A DNA stretch of 64,000 nt from Planctomycetota bacterium. Its GTDB lineage: Bacteria > Planctomycetota > B15-G4 > JADJEK01. A program made the position numbers and the translations under genes. The DNA is taken from assembly GCA_044225365.1 (NCBI GenBank), contig JBGAIQ010000003.1, forward strand, positions 1-64,000, read 5' to 3'. The number at the start of each line of letters is the position of its first letter. Position 1 is the first letter of the stretch. A model generated the notes under the pieces. The model was not told the origin of the DNA, made no database searches, and saw only the letters and a list, made by a program, of their open reading frames with translations. Positions 47,725 to 57,629 of this stretch are shown in pieces.

Positions 47725-50700
47725 TCAGTCCCCGGAAGGTTCGACCGGGCTCGCCAGGGTGCCGGAGACATCGGCCGCGGGCGGCGCTGTTGCCGGCGCG
47801 GGCGGCGCCGAGGGAGCACCCGGCAACGTGATGGTCGCCGAACCTTTCGGCTGAGTCGCCTTCAAGTTGATCTTCGCCTTCGCCTTCGCCGAGTCGAAGC
47901 CGGACACCGAGAACTTCCAGGAGCCGAGGAGCGGCGTCGGGAGCGCGGTGATCTGGACGCCGTTCGGAAGCGGAGTGGCGAACGCCGAAGCGTCGAACGC
48001 CGTTCCGAGCGGCGTCGTCACACCGAGCACCAACGTGCTCACGAACTGTGCCGAGGCCTTCAACGCCTTCGCGCTGACGGTGCCGCCCGGGAGCATCTCG
48101 ATCGCCGCGTCGAGCGTTCCCGTCGAGCCGGCCTTGCCCGACTTCTTCACCTTCAGCGAAGTCTTCGGGATCTTTCGGTTCGTCAGCGCATCGAACGGCG
48201 CGAGCTTGCTCTTCGCGGGCTCGAGACGCAGCCGATAGTGGCCGGTCGCCTTGATCTTGATCGCCTTCTTCGTCGTCTTGGCGCTCGTGGTGACGACGAC
48301 CGACTTCACGACCTTGTCGAGCGAATCGATCACCGAGATCTGGAGCTTGCCCTTGCTGGGGCTCGAGACGTTGAACTTGATCACCTCGTTCTTCAGCGCG
48401 TCGAATTCGAGTTCATGGCTCGAATCGAATTGCGTGAAGCCGCCGAGGATCCGATCGCCCGGGATGAACGTCAGGTTGCCGACGTGCAGGTTCACGGGCA
48501 AATCGACGAAGTCCGTCGCGTCATTCAGATTCGCGACGTGGAGCGTCGTCGTGTAGTCACCGTCCACGAGTCCGGCAGTGACGAGCGAGAGCGCGATCGG
48601 CGCGCTCGCCTGATCGAACTTCAACGTCCCGGCCATCGGCGCGACGAGGAGCCATCCGACCTGCGGCGTCATCGTGATCGTGTAATCGAGATCCGCGAGC
48701 GGGTCGCCGCAATTCTTGATCGCGAAGCTCGCCGTGGGCGGAGTCTGGCCGATGACGAACGAGAGCGGGATCGAGGCCACGTCGTCCTGGATGCACAGGT
48801 CCGCCGTCGGCTCCTCCACCTTCAGATCGATCGCGAACTCCTCGAAGTCCGAAGCATCGTCGAGATTCGCGAACCGCAGCACGGTGTGGTACTGACCCGG
48901 AGCGAGGCCCGCGACGACGAACTGGACGCCCACGTCGCTCGTCGCGCCCGAAGCGAGCGCGCCGTTGCCGCCGACGATCGACAGCCACGAGGCGACGGGC
49001 AGCGTTTCGACCTTCCAATTCAAGTGCGAGCCGTTCGGTCCGGCGTTGCCGACGGTGAACGTCGCGCCCTGCGGCACGTCGAATCCGATGTCGTAGGTCG
49101 CCGACAGCGGCGCACCGAGGACCGTGAGGTCCGAGTCGGGCTCGGTGACGTTCAACGAGACCGGCACGTCGACGAAGTCCGCCGCGTCGTTGAGATTGAC
49201 GAACCGCACGGTCGTCGTGTGCAGGCCCTTCGCGGTCGAATCATCGACCACGAAATGCAGCGTCGCGACCGACGAGTTGTTGCCGGTGAGTTGTCCTGCG
49301 GTGGGATTCTCGGTGAGCCAGTCGACGGGCGGGTTCTCGACCGCCGTCCAACCGAGCTTGCTCTGCGGGTGGCCACAGTTCGAAACCGTGCGCGTCGCAT
49401 CCGCCGGAGGCGGACCGCCCTTGTCGAACGTGACTCCGATCGCGGCTGCGGAATCGAGGCAGAGATCCGGCTTGGCGTCGGAGACGGTGATCTGCACTGG
49501 GATCGTGAACGTGTTCGCGGCGTCGTCCGTGTTCGTGAACACGACGTTCGTGTTGAAGACTCCGACGGCGAGTCCGGACGGATTGAACGCGATGTCGATC
49601 GGTGAACTCAGATTGCCTGCGAGCGTGCCGCTCTTCGGACTGACGAGCAGCCACGGCGTCGCGGGCGACACTGCCGCGGTCCAATGCAGTTGCGAGGCGA
49701 GCGGCCCGCAGTTCTTGCAGTTGCGCGTCGCTCCCGCGGGCGCGACGTCGCCCTGCACCCAACTCGCCGCGATCGGCGCGATCGAATCGATGCACATCGT
49801 CGCGGGCGGCGTCTTCACGTCGATCGAGACGTTGATCTCCGCGAAGTCCGCAGGATCGGCGAGGTCGATGAAGCGAATCTTCGTCGTTTTCAGACCCGCG
49901 GTGAGGCCGGTCACGTCATAGAAGCCGAGGACCGAGGTCTGTTGATTGACGCCCTGGCCCTCGAGAGTGAAGGCGTTCGGCGTCACCGCGAGCCACGACA
50001 CCGAAGGCGTCGGGAGCACGGCAACGGGGAGATGCGACAACGGGTGGCCGACGTTCTTGACGACGACCTGGAACGGCAGCGGTGTCGGATCCCCGAGCGT
50101 GTAGGTCAGGTTGATGTCCGCCGCGCCGACGAGCGCGAGGTCGGGCTTCGGCACCGTGACGTTGAGCGTGACCTGCACGTTCATCGCGTCGGCCGCATTG
50201 CCGAGGTTGCTGAACTTGACGGTCGTCACGTACGAGCCCGCGAGCAGACCCGTCGGATTGATGGCGAGCTGGATCGTCGTCGATTGCGCACCGGGAAGCT
50301 GACCGCTCTTCGGCGTCGGTGCGAGCCACTGGACGGCCGGCAGGGCGTCGACCGAGTAGTTGAGGACGGAAGCCGCGGGTCCGAGGTTCTGCATTGTGAT
50401 GATGGGCGATGCCGGGTTGGGCCCGCCCGCCGCGTAGTCGATCGTGATCGGCGACGCGGGCGTGATGTTGAGATCGGCCGCGGGCTGGTTCACCTCGAGG
50501 CGTGCAGGCACGTCGACGAAGTCCTGCGCGTTTGCGACGTTTCCGAAGCGAACGATCGTCTCGTACACGCCGGACGGCAGTCCCTGCGGATGGAAGATGA
50601 ACTGGACCGGCTTCGATGCGCCGGACGCGAGCGAGCCCGTCGCATCCTTGATCTCGAGCCATGCCACCGGCGGCTGCGCGATCACCGCGAAGTCGAGCTT

Positions 50701-53481
50701 CGACGTGGCGTCGCCGCAATTCGTCACCGTGCGCGTCAGCGTCGGCGGCAGCGCGCCGCCCTGCGTGTACTGGCCGAGGAGGAGCTGCGCGTTGTCGAGG
50801 CAGAGATCCGATGCCGGCGTCGTGACGTTGAGCGTCACGGGCACGAGCACTCGATCGAGCGCATTCGCGGCGTTGTAGAACTCGACCGTCGTCTGGTACG
50901 AGCCCGGCGCGAGACCGGCCGGGTTGTAGACCAGCGAAACCTGCTGCTGCTCACCGGAGTTCAACGCGATTGGCGAGGGCGTGATGACGAGCCAAGGCAC
51001 GTCGACGGGAATCGCGTGCGACACGTACGTCAACTGCGAGAGCGCGGGGCCGCAGTTCTTCACGTTGACGATGCTGCTTTGCGTCGCCGGCCCGCCCTGC
51101 GCGTAGTTCGCGACGAACGGACCCGCGGTGTCGGTACACAAGTCCGAAGCGGGCAGTCCGATGTTGAGTGTGACGTCGATCGTCGCGAAATCGAGTGGAT
51201 CCGCGACGTTGCTCGCGGTGATCGTCGACTTGTAGACACCGGGCCCGAGGTTCTTCGGATTGACTCGGATGTCGAGCACGACCGACCCGCCGCCCGGCAG
51301 GATGCCGAACGTTGGACCGACGTTGAGCCACAGCGCGCCCGGATTCTGCGAGACGGAGTAATTGAGCTGCGATCCAGCCACGCCGACGTTCTTCAACACG
51401 CGCTGGAACTTCGACGGCAACTGGCCGGCGACGTAATCGACGACGATCGGGCTCGTGTCCGGCATCTGCAGATCGGGGATCAGCGTGCCGACCGTGAACT
51501 TCACCTGGCAGACGAAACCGTTCGTCCCCGTCGCGAGGTTCCGGAAGATCATCTTCGTCGTGTAGGTGCCGGGCGCGAGGCCCGCGGGATCGGTGACCGC
51601 GCTGACGACGTCGCTCTTGCCGGCGTCGAGCGAACCGCCGTCGTGATTGAGGATGAGCCACGGCGCGGGTGGATCGACGTAGCAGTGCCAGTCGAGCACC
51701 GAGCCCGGAGCGCCGCAGTTCGTGACGACGTGCGTGATCGTGTCCGGCACCGTGCTGCCGCCGATCGAGTAGACGTTGTTCACCTGCGAAGGACCGTTGA
51801 CGCAGAGGTCGGGCGCGCCCGCCTTCACTCGGAAGTGGAAGACGACGTCCGAGAAGTCGGCGGGATTGACGACGTTCTGGAAGTGCATGGTCGTGACGTA
51901 ATTGCCCGCCGCGATGTTGCCTGGACTGAGCACGGCGTGAAGGACTTCTTCCTGATCGTCGATCGACACGAGACCGTAGGGCTTGTCGATCGAGAGCCAC
52001 GGCACGCTCGGCGACATGCTCACCGAGTATCCGAGATTGCTCATGCAGTCCGCGGACAGATTGCTCACGGTGAACGGGATCGGCGCCGGCACCGGGCTAC
52101 CGATCGTCCAGGCGACGAACGCATCGGGATACGGAATGACGGCGAGATCGGCGGCGGCCGCGGCGGTCGGCGGCGAGCTCTCGTGGAAGAACACGTCGGT
52201 CGCGTTGTTCGTGTCGGCGGGAACGAGGTTGCTCGCGGCGCTCGAGAACGTCGCGCGACAACCGGTGTCGTTCAGCATCACGGCGCGGGATTCGGCGTTG
52301 CCCGAGGTGGTGCCAATCACGTCGGACAGCATCATCAGCGAGCCAGTGACGACGTCGCGTTGATAGACGTCGCGGAATGCGTTCGTGTCGTCGAGCGAGA
52401 GCTTGCCCTCGCTCGTGAACGCGACGTATCGGCCGTTCGTCGAGATCGAAGCCGCTTCGCTGATCGTGTTGGGGAGGGTCTGTCCCGTGAAGTCGGAGAA
52501 GCTCGCGAGCGTGTAGAGCCCGCTCGCGCGGTCGCGGACGTAGACGTCGTAGGTCGAGTTGACATCGGTCGGCTGCAGCGTTTCGAGCGTCTCGAACGCA
52601 CAGTAGCGGCCGGTCTCCGAGATCGACGGACGCCGTCCGCCCTTCGGGATCACCGATCCGTTCGCGTCGACGGTGATCGCCTTCGTGATGAGCGTAATCG
52701 TGTCGTACTGGAAGACGTCGGTGACGAAGTTGTTGTCGTTGTTGATGAGGTCGGACGCGTCGGATTCGAAGACGACGCCCGAACCGTCGGCATGGACGTG
52801 TGGATTACGCGAGTCCTTGTGCTGAGCGAGCGGGTTGATGCTCGTGCTCTTCTTGCTCGCAACGTAGATCTTTCCCGACTCGAGGTCCTTCAGATAGATG
52901 TCGGCGAACGTGTCGGTGTCGTCGGGACTGAGGTTCGTCGCGCGGCTCGCGAAGGCGACGAAGCGACCGTCCGCGGAGATCGACGGCTGGGAACTCACGC
53001 CGTTCGCGATCACTCCGGTCGCCGAGGTCGAGACCATGATCGCGACCTGCGTGACGCGGTCGTAGCGGAAGACGTCCTGCAGACCGTTCGTGTCGTTGTT
53101 CGCGATGTTCGTCGCGGACGACGAGAACGCGACGTAGCGACCATCGCGCGACACGCTTGGCTCGGAACTCGGGCCGTTCGCTTCCGCGACGTGCTCACCG
53201 AACGAGATCCGCTCGGTCTTCCCGTTCAGGATGTCGCGGAGGAAGATGTCGCTCGCGTTGTTGTTGTCGGGGATCGAGAACAAGGGCGAGTTGCTCGCGA
53301 AGGCGACGAACTTGCCGTTCCCCGAGATCGCGGGCTGACCGCTCGGCTGCGGCACTTCGAGACCGCCGGACGTGACGCTCGCGCGCTGGGTCGATTGGGC
53401 GAAGGCGGAAGTCGAAGCGAAAGGGGTGAGGGATACGATCGATGCGCCAAGGGCCGCGGCCGTGACTCGGCTGAACTGCAT
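47725..53481 (-). CDS. Large secreted surface protein: TolB-like beta-propeller, 11 BACON-like Ig repeats and a Lys-rich C-terminal domain
   Basis: Signal peptide, PSISADGRFVAF / DTNxxxDVF propeller repeats, and about 110-aa repeats DL..N.G..S.L..P..WL..G.L..GL..G.Y.T. Confidence 0.85.
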   Translation of the reverse strand: MQFSRVTAAALGASIVSLTPFASTSAFAQSTQRASVTSGGLEVPQPSGQPAISGNGKFVAFASNSPLFSIPDNNNASDIFLRDILNGKTERISFGEHVAEANGPSSEPSVSRDGRYVAFSSSATNIANNDTNGLQDVFRYDRVTQVAIMVSTSATGVIANGVSSQPSISADGRFVAFASRATNLSPDDTDTFADIYLKDLESGKIYVASKKSTSINPLAQHKDSRNPHVHADGSGVVFESDASDLINNDNNFVTDVFQYDTITLITKAITVDANGSVIPKGGRRPSISETGRYCAFETLETLQPTDVNSTYDVYVRDRASGLYTLASFSDFTGQTLPNTISEAASISTNGRYVAFTSEGKLSLDDTNAFRDVYQRDVVTGSLMMLSDVIGTTSGNAESRAVMLNDTGCRATFSSAASNLVPADTNNATDVFFHESSPPTAAAAADLAVIPYPDAFVAWTIGSPVPAPIPFTVSNLSADCMSNLGYSVSMSPSVPWLSIDKPYGLVSIDDQEEVLHAVLSPGNIAAGNYVTTMHFQNVVNPADFSDVVFHFRVKAGAPDLCVNGPSQVNNVYSIGGSTVPDTITHVVTNCGAPGSVLDWHCYVDPPAPWLILNHDGGSLDAGKSDVVSAVTDPAGLAPGTYTTKMIFRNLATGTNGFVCQVKFTVGTLIPDLQMPDTSPIVVDYVAGQLPSKFQRVLKNVGVAGSQLNYSVSQNPGALWLNVGPTFGILPGGGSVVLDIRVNPKNLGPGVYKSTITASNVADPLDFATIDVTLNIGLPASDLCTDTAGPFVANYAQGGPATQSSIVNVKNCGPALSQLTYVSHAIPVDVPWLVITPSPIALNSGEQQQVSLVYNPAGLAPGSYQTTVEFYNAANALDRVLVPVTLNVTTPASDLCLDNAQLLLGQYTQGGALPPTLTRTVTNCGDATSKLDFAVIAQPPVAWLEIKDATGSLASGASKPVQFIFHPQGLPSGVYETIVRFGNVANAQDFVDVPARLEVNQPAADLNITPASPITIDYAAGGPNPASPIITMQNLGPAASVLNYSVDALPAVQWLAPTPKSGQLPGAQSTTIQLAINPTGLLAGSYVTTVKFSNLGNAADAMNVQVTLNVTVPKPDLALVGAADINLTYTLGDPTPLPFQVVVKNVGHPLSHLPVAVLPTPSVSWLAVTPNAFTLEGQGVNQQTSVLGFYDVTGLTAGLKTTKIRFIDLADPADFAEINVSIDVKTPPATMCIDSIAPIAASWVQGDVAPAGATRNCKNCGPLASQLHWTAAVSPATPWLLVSPKSGTLAGNLSSPIDIAFNPSGLAVGVFNTNVVFTNTDDAANTFTIPVQITVSDAKPDLCLDSAAAIGVTFDKGGPPPADATRTVSNCGHPQSKLGWTAVENPPVDWLTENPTAGQLTGNNSSVATLHFVVDDSTAKGLHTTTVRFVNLNDAADFVDVPVSLNVTEPDSDLTVLGAPLSATYDIGFDVPQGATFTVGNAGPNGSHLNWKVETLPVASWLSIVGGNGALASGATSDVGVQFVVAGLAPGQYHTVLRFANLDDASDFEEFAIDLKVEEPTADLCIQDDVASIPLSFVIGQTPPTASFAIKNCGDPLADLDYTITMTPQVGWLLVAPMAGTLKFDQASAPIALSLVTAGLVDGDYTTTLHVANLNDATDFVDLPVNLHVGNLTFIPGDRILGGFTQFDSSHELEFDALKNEVIKFNVSSPSKGKLQISVIDSLDKVVKSVVVTTSAKTTKKAIKIKATGHYRLRLEPAKSKLAPFDALTNRKIPKTSLKVKKSGKAGSTGTLDAAIEMLPGGTVSAKALKASAQFVSTLVLGVTTPLGTAFDASAFATPLPNGVQITALPTPLLGSWKFSVSGFDSAKAKAKINLKATQPKGSATITLPGAPSAPPAPATAPPAADVSGTLASPVEPSGD

Positions 53482-53833
53482 GAAATGGCTCCGATTCCTC
53501 TGGCCGGCGGATTTCGCCAGACCGTCGTCGCGAGATTCGAGCCGTCGTTCTCGAATTCGCGTGTTTCATTCCTGAAAAGCACCCGCGGCGCATCCGCCGA
53601 GACGCCCGAGGAGTATTAGAAACCGAAAGTCTCGCCATCCGCCAGAGCCTGCGATGGTTACGGCGGAGATTTCTAGGATTACCGCTGCGGCCCTGCGACG
53701 CGGCGCAGGATGGGGAAGGATCGCCACTTCGGGACTCGGCGTTGGACTTGTATCTTGCCGATCCCGTTTCGCTCCCGCGGACGGAATTCAGAGCCGGTTC
53801 TCCCTGTCAGTCCACACCTTGGAACGATCGTCG

Positions 53834-54829
53834 ATGACCACTTCTTCCGCCACCGCACCCCGCCGCTTCCTGTCGGGCATCCAGCCGTCGGGTCAGCTCC
53901 ACCTCGGGAATTACTTCGGGGCGATCGTTCAGCACCTCGCGAATCAGGACGGCGAGCGCTCGTTCTATTTCATCGCCGACTACCACGCGCTCACCAGTCA
54001 GAGCGACGGCGCGACCGTGCGACGATTCACGCTCGAGGTCGCCGCGACGTATCTCGCGCTCGGACTCGATCCCGATCGCTGCGTGTTCTTCCGCCAGTCG
54101 GACATCCCGGAAGTCTGTGAGCTGATGTGGATGCTCTTGACGGCGGCGCCGGTCGGGGAACTCGAGCGCGCGCACGCCTACAAGGACAAGCTCGCGCGCG
54201 GCATCGCGCCGATGGCGGGCGTCCTCACCTACCCCGTGCTGATGGCCGCCGACATCCTCGCCTACGACTCGACGCACGTCCCCGTCGGCAAGGATCAGGT
54301 CCAGCATCTCGAGATGACGCGCGAGATGGCGCGCGGGTTCAACGCGCGCTACGGAGCCGAGATCTTCGTGATGCCCGACGCGTTGCTGAATTCGACTCCG
54401 ACCGTTCCAGGACTCGACGGCGCGAAGATGTCGAAGAGCTACGACAATCACATCCCGATCATGCTCTCCGGCAAGCCGCTGAAGAAACGACTCGCGAAGA
54501 TCGTGACCGACAGCAAAGGACTCGAGGACGTGAAGGACCCGGACACCTGCAACGTGTTCAAGCTGTACAGCCTGTTCGCATCGCCGGCCGAAAAGGAGGA
54601 GATGGCGAAGAAGTACCGCGCGGGTGGATACGGCTACGGACACGCGAAGGAAGCGCTCTTCGAGAAGATCGAGACGCGGTTCGCGGACGCGCGCGTGCGC
54701 TTCGAGGCGCTTCTGAAGGACCCGCCGCAAGTCGAGGCGATCCTGGCGAAAGGGGCGGCGAAGGCGCGGCCCATCGCGCGGCGGACGCTCAACCGTGCGC
54801 GTGCTGCCTGCGGCCTCGGGCCGGCGTGA
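53834..54829 (+). CDS. trpS: Tryptophan--tRNA ligase
   Basis: LSGIQPSG.LHLGNY.GA, YPVLMAADIL, VPVGKDQ.QHLE and KMSKS. Confidence 0.97.
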   Translation: MTTSSATAPRRFLSGIQPSGQLHLGNYFGAIVQHLANQDGERSFYFIADYHALTSQSDGATVRRFTLEVAATYLALGLDPDRCVFFRQSDIPEVCELMWMLLTAAPVGELERAHAYKDKLARGIAPMAGVLTYPVLMAADILAYDSTHVPVGKDQVQHLEMTREMARGFNARYGAEIFVMPDALLNSTPTVPGLDGAKMSKSYDNHIPIMLSGKPLKKRLAKIVTDSKGLEDVKDPDTCNVFKLYSLFASPAEKEEMAKKYRAGGYGYGHAKEALFEKIETRFADARVRFEALLKDPPQVEAILAKGAAKARPIARRTLNRARAACGLGPA

Positions 54830-54833
54830 AAGG

Positions 54834-57629
54834 ATGACAACCGCGGGTGCGATCGTCCTGAGTGAGAAGGCTCCCCGGCGCAGTCGCCGTCGCGACACCG
54901 CGCTCGCGGCCCTCCTCTACGCGTTGCTCGCCGTCCTGGCCTTCGGCCGTTCGTTCGTCGGTGATCGCATCTTCGTCCCGATGCATACGGACCGCTTCGA
55001 GCCGTGGAGGTCGGGCACGTCGAAGGAGCGCCAGGAAGAGATCGCCAAGGACGAGTACACCGCCGCCTCCGACAAGCTCATCTCGTTCCGCGCCGACGAC
55101 GCGATCACGATGGCGGCGATGCGCGAGGGCAGACTCGCCTTGTGGAATCCGACGAACGCCTGCGGCGTGCCGTATCTCGCGCAAGGTCTCTACGGCTTCT
55201 TCTATCCGCCCCACTGGATCTGGCGCTGGATGTCCCCCGAGCGGTCCTACGGCATCCTCGCGGCGTTCCACCATTTCCTCGCGGCGTTCTTCACGTTCCT
55301 CTTCGTGCGACGCATCGGCGCTCGCTTCCACGGCGCATGGTTCGCCGGGCTCGCATTCGCGGGCTCGACGTGTCTGCTCGCCCGCGCTCACTACTACCAG
55401 TACATCGAGAGCGTGTGCTGGGTGCCGCTCGGTCTCCTGTGTGTCGAGAGCTGGTTGCGCGACAAGTCGCTCGCTGCGCTCTCCGGCCTCGCGCTCACGA
55501 TGGCGCTGATCCTCCTCGTGGGCTGGCCGCAGATGGCCGCGTTCGCGGGGTTCCTGTTCTTCCTGTCGGCGCTCGTGCGTTCGATCGCCGTCGAGTTGAA
55601 GACGCCGCCGCTCAAGATCCTCGGCGCCGCGCTCGTCGTCCTCGCGCTCTTCCTCGCAGTGCGCAACTCCGTGCCCGACGTGCTCTGGCTCTACGCGGCC
55701 TACCCCGCGACGACGCTCGCGATCGTCATCGTGGCCGGGAAGGACCGCAAGAGTTTCTTCGCCACGCTCGGCGGCGTCGCCATCGCGCTCGGGATCGGCG
55801 CGCTGATCGCGGCAGTGCAGTATCTTCCCGCGGCCGAGTGGATGCGGAGCGATGGTTCGCGCAGCGCGAGCGCGCCCGAACTCCTCGCGGCGAATGGAAT
55901 GCGACCCGGGTTCCTGCTCGAACTCGTCGCGCCCGGCATCTTCGGTCGGCCGTGGGACGCGCAGATGGAGACGGTCGCAAACTTCCTGCGCTACTACGCG
56001 CTCTCGGTCGAAGATCTCGTCGCCACGGGTGGTGCAGCCCAAGGCTACGGCAATCCCGTCGAGAACGCGTCGTACCTCGGCTTGCTCGCGATCCTGCTCC
56101 TGCCGCTCGGACTGCTCGTGCGCTCGCCGCGGCGGATCTTCCTCGCGCTTGCGCTGCTGTGGTACCTCGGCTTCGCCCTCGGTGCGAAGGCGCTCGTCTA
56201 TCCGGCGTACTTCGCGGGCTTCTTCGTCGGCACCGATCCCCGTCGAGCGCTGGTCTTCGCCGCGTTCGCGGCATCCTGCCTCGCCGGCCTCGGGCTCTCG
56301 CACTCCGTCTCGAACCGCCGGCGGCCGCTCGTTCCGATCGCGCTGCTCCTCTTCGTCGTCTTCGCGTTCGGCTCGCGCGTGTACGGATTCGGTGACAGCG
56401 GTCTGTTCACGAGGCTGTGCGATCACATCCATGCCATCGCGGCGGCGTTCAAGATCGACTACGACACGGCGACCGAAGGCGTGGCGCGCGGCTACTTCAC
56501 GAACCTCGCCGAGACGCGCTGGTACCGATTGCTGGGAATCGGCATCGCTTCGGGCATCGCCCTCGTCGCGCTGATGGCGGGGAAACGACGATCCGCGCGC
56601 AAGGGCGCCGCGCTCGCGTGCCTCGTGCTCACCATCGACTGCGGTGTGAATGCACTTCCGTTCCTCGCGACGCAGCCCGCGGATCGATACCTCGCGAGCC
56701 ACCCGCTGATCGATCACCTGCGGAACACGATCGGAACCCAATCGCGCCTTGCGAGATTCGGCGCCGCGGAGATGCTCCCGCCCACGGAGGTCGTGCTCTC
56801 GCCAAACCTCGCCGGGTGCTTCGGCCTGCGCGATGCGTGGTGCTACACCGTCTCGCCGCCGCGACGGATCGAGCGGCTCGCGGACGCGCTTCGATACGGA
56901 GCGCCGCTCCCCGCCATCGACAAGGACCACCCGTCGCTCGTCGGCAGCGTCTTCCTGAAACTCCTGACTAGGGCCCCGCAGCTCGCGTCGAGGACGCTCG
57001 ATCTCTTCGCCGTCGCGTCGATCCTCGGGCGCGGCGAGCCGCCGCAAGATCTGCCCGCGGGCGTCACGCTCGATGCGACGTTCGGCGACTGCTACGTCCT
57101 GAAGAACGCGAACGCGCTGCCGCGCGTCTTCGTCGTGGGCGCGGCCGAGACCATGAAGGACGCGGAGCCCGACGCCGTCGCGAGTCGCGTGCTCGATCCC
57201 GCGTTCGATCCGCATGGGACGGTCCTACTCGAGGAGGATCTCGCACCGCCCCCCGCCGGCTCGGGTGCGCTCCCCACCGCGCGGCTCGTACGCGACGACT
57301 TCGAACAGCTCGAGATCGAGCTCGCCGGCGGAGGATCCCGGGGCGGCTATCTCGTCGTCCTCGACACCTATGCGCCGGGTTGGGAAGCCACGGTCGACGG
57401 CGCTCCTTCGCGCGTCGTGCGCGGCGACTACGCGTTCCGCGCGATGTCCATCCCGCCGGGCGCGCGTCGCGTCGTCATGAACTATGCGCCGAAGAGCGTG
57501 AAGATCGGAAAGATCGTCTCCTGCGGCGGGATGGCTCTCGCCCTCCTGCTTTGCCTTGTCGGCCTCGTTCGTGGATCGCGGCCTCGCGTTGCCCGAATCC
57601 AGAACCGGGTTATAGTTGCGGACACATGA
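54834..57629 (+). CDS. YfhO family membrane protein (GT-C-like)
   Basis: LWNP...GVP, many TMs and C-terminal YAPGWEATVDG..FRAM.IPPG...V...YAP. Confidence 0.85.
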   Translation: MTTAGAIVLSEKAPRRSRRRDTALAALLYALLAVLAFGRSFVGDRIFVPMHTDRFEPWRSGTSKERQEEIAKDEYTAASDKLISFRADDAITMAAMREGRLALWNPTNACGVPYLAQGLYGFFYPPHWIWRWMSPERSYGILAAFHHFLAAFFTFLFVRRIGARFHGAWFAGLAFAGSTCLLARAHYYQYIESVCWVPLGLLCVESWLRDKSLAALSGLALTMALILLVGWPQMAAFAGFLFFLSALVRSIAVELKTPPLKILGAALVVLALFLAVRNSVPDVLWLYAAYPATTLAIVIVAGKDRKSFFATLGGVAIALGIGALIAAVQYLPAAEWMRSDGSRSASAPELLAANGMRPGFLLELVAPGIFGRPWDAQMETVANFLRYYALSVEDLVATGGAAQGYGNPVENASYLGLLAILLLPLGLLVRSPRRIFLALALLWYLGFALGAKALVYPAYFAGFFVGTDPRRALVFAAFAASCLAGLGLSHSVSNRRRPLVPIALLLFVVFAFGSRVYGFGDSGLFTRLCDHIHAIAAAFKIDYDTATEGVARGYFTNLAETRWYRLLGIGIASGIALVALMAGKRRSARKGAALACLVLTIDCGVNALPFLATQPADRYLASHPLIDHLRNTIGTQSRLARFGAAEMLPPTEVVLSPNLAGCFGLRDAWCYTVSPPRRIERLADALRYGAPLPAIDKDHPSLVGSVFLKLLTRAPQLASRTLDLFAVASILGRGEPPQDLPAGVTLDATFGDCYVLKNANALPRVFVVGAAETMKDAEPDAVASRVLDPAFDPHGTVLLEEDLAPPPAGSGALPTARLVRDDFEQLEIELAGGGSRGGYLVVLDTYAPGWEATVDGAPSRVVRGDYAFRAMSIPPGARRVVMNYAPKSVKIGKIVSCGGMALALLLCLVGLVRGSRPRVARIQNRVIVADT

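Noticed and set aside
49684-53619. 1311-aa plus-strand ORF
   Set aside because: Antisense shadow of the 1918-aa gene. It is Arg/Val-rich with no motifs, as expected in high-GC DNA.
53482-53833. T-box or riboswitch upstream of trpS
   Set aside because: There is no T-box motif or terminator. The region is explained by divergent promoters (TATCTT +, TAATAC -).
54789-57215. 808-aa minus-strand ORF (likewise 1696-3612, 6198-8573 and 60733-62955)
   Set aside because: Antisense shadows of well-supported genes.
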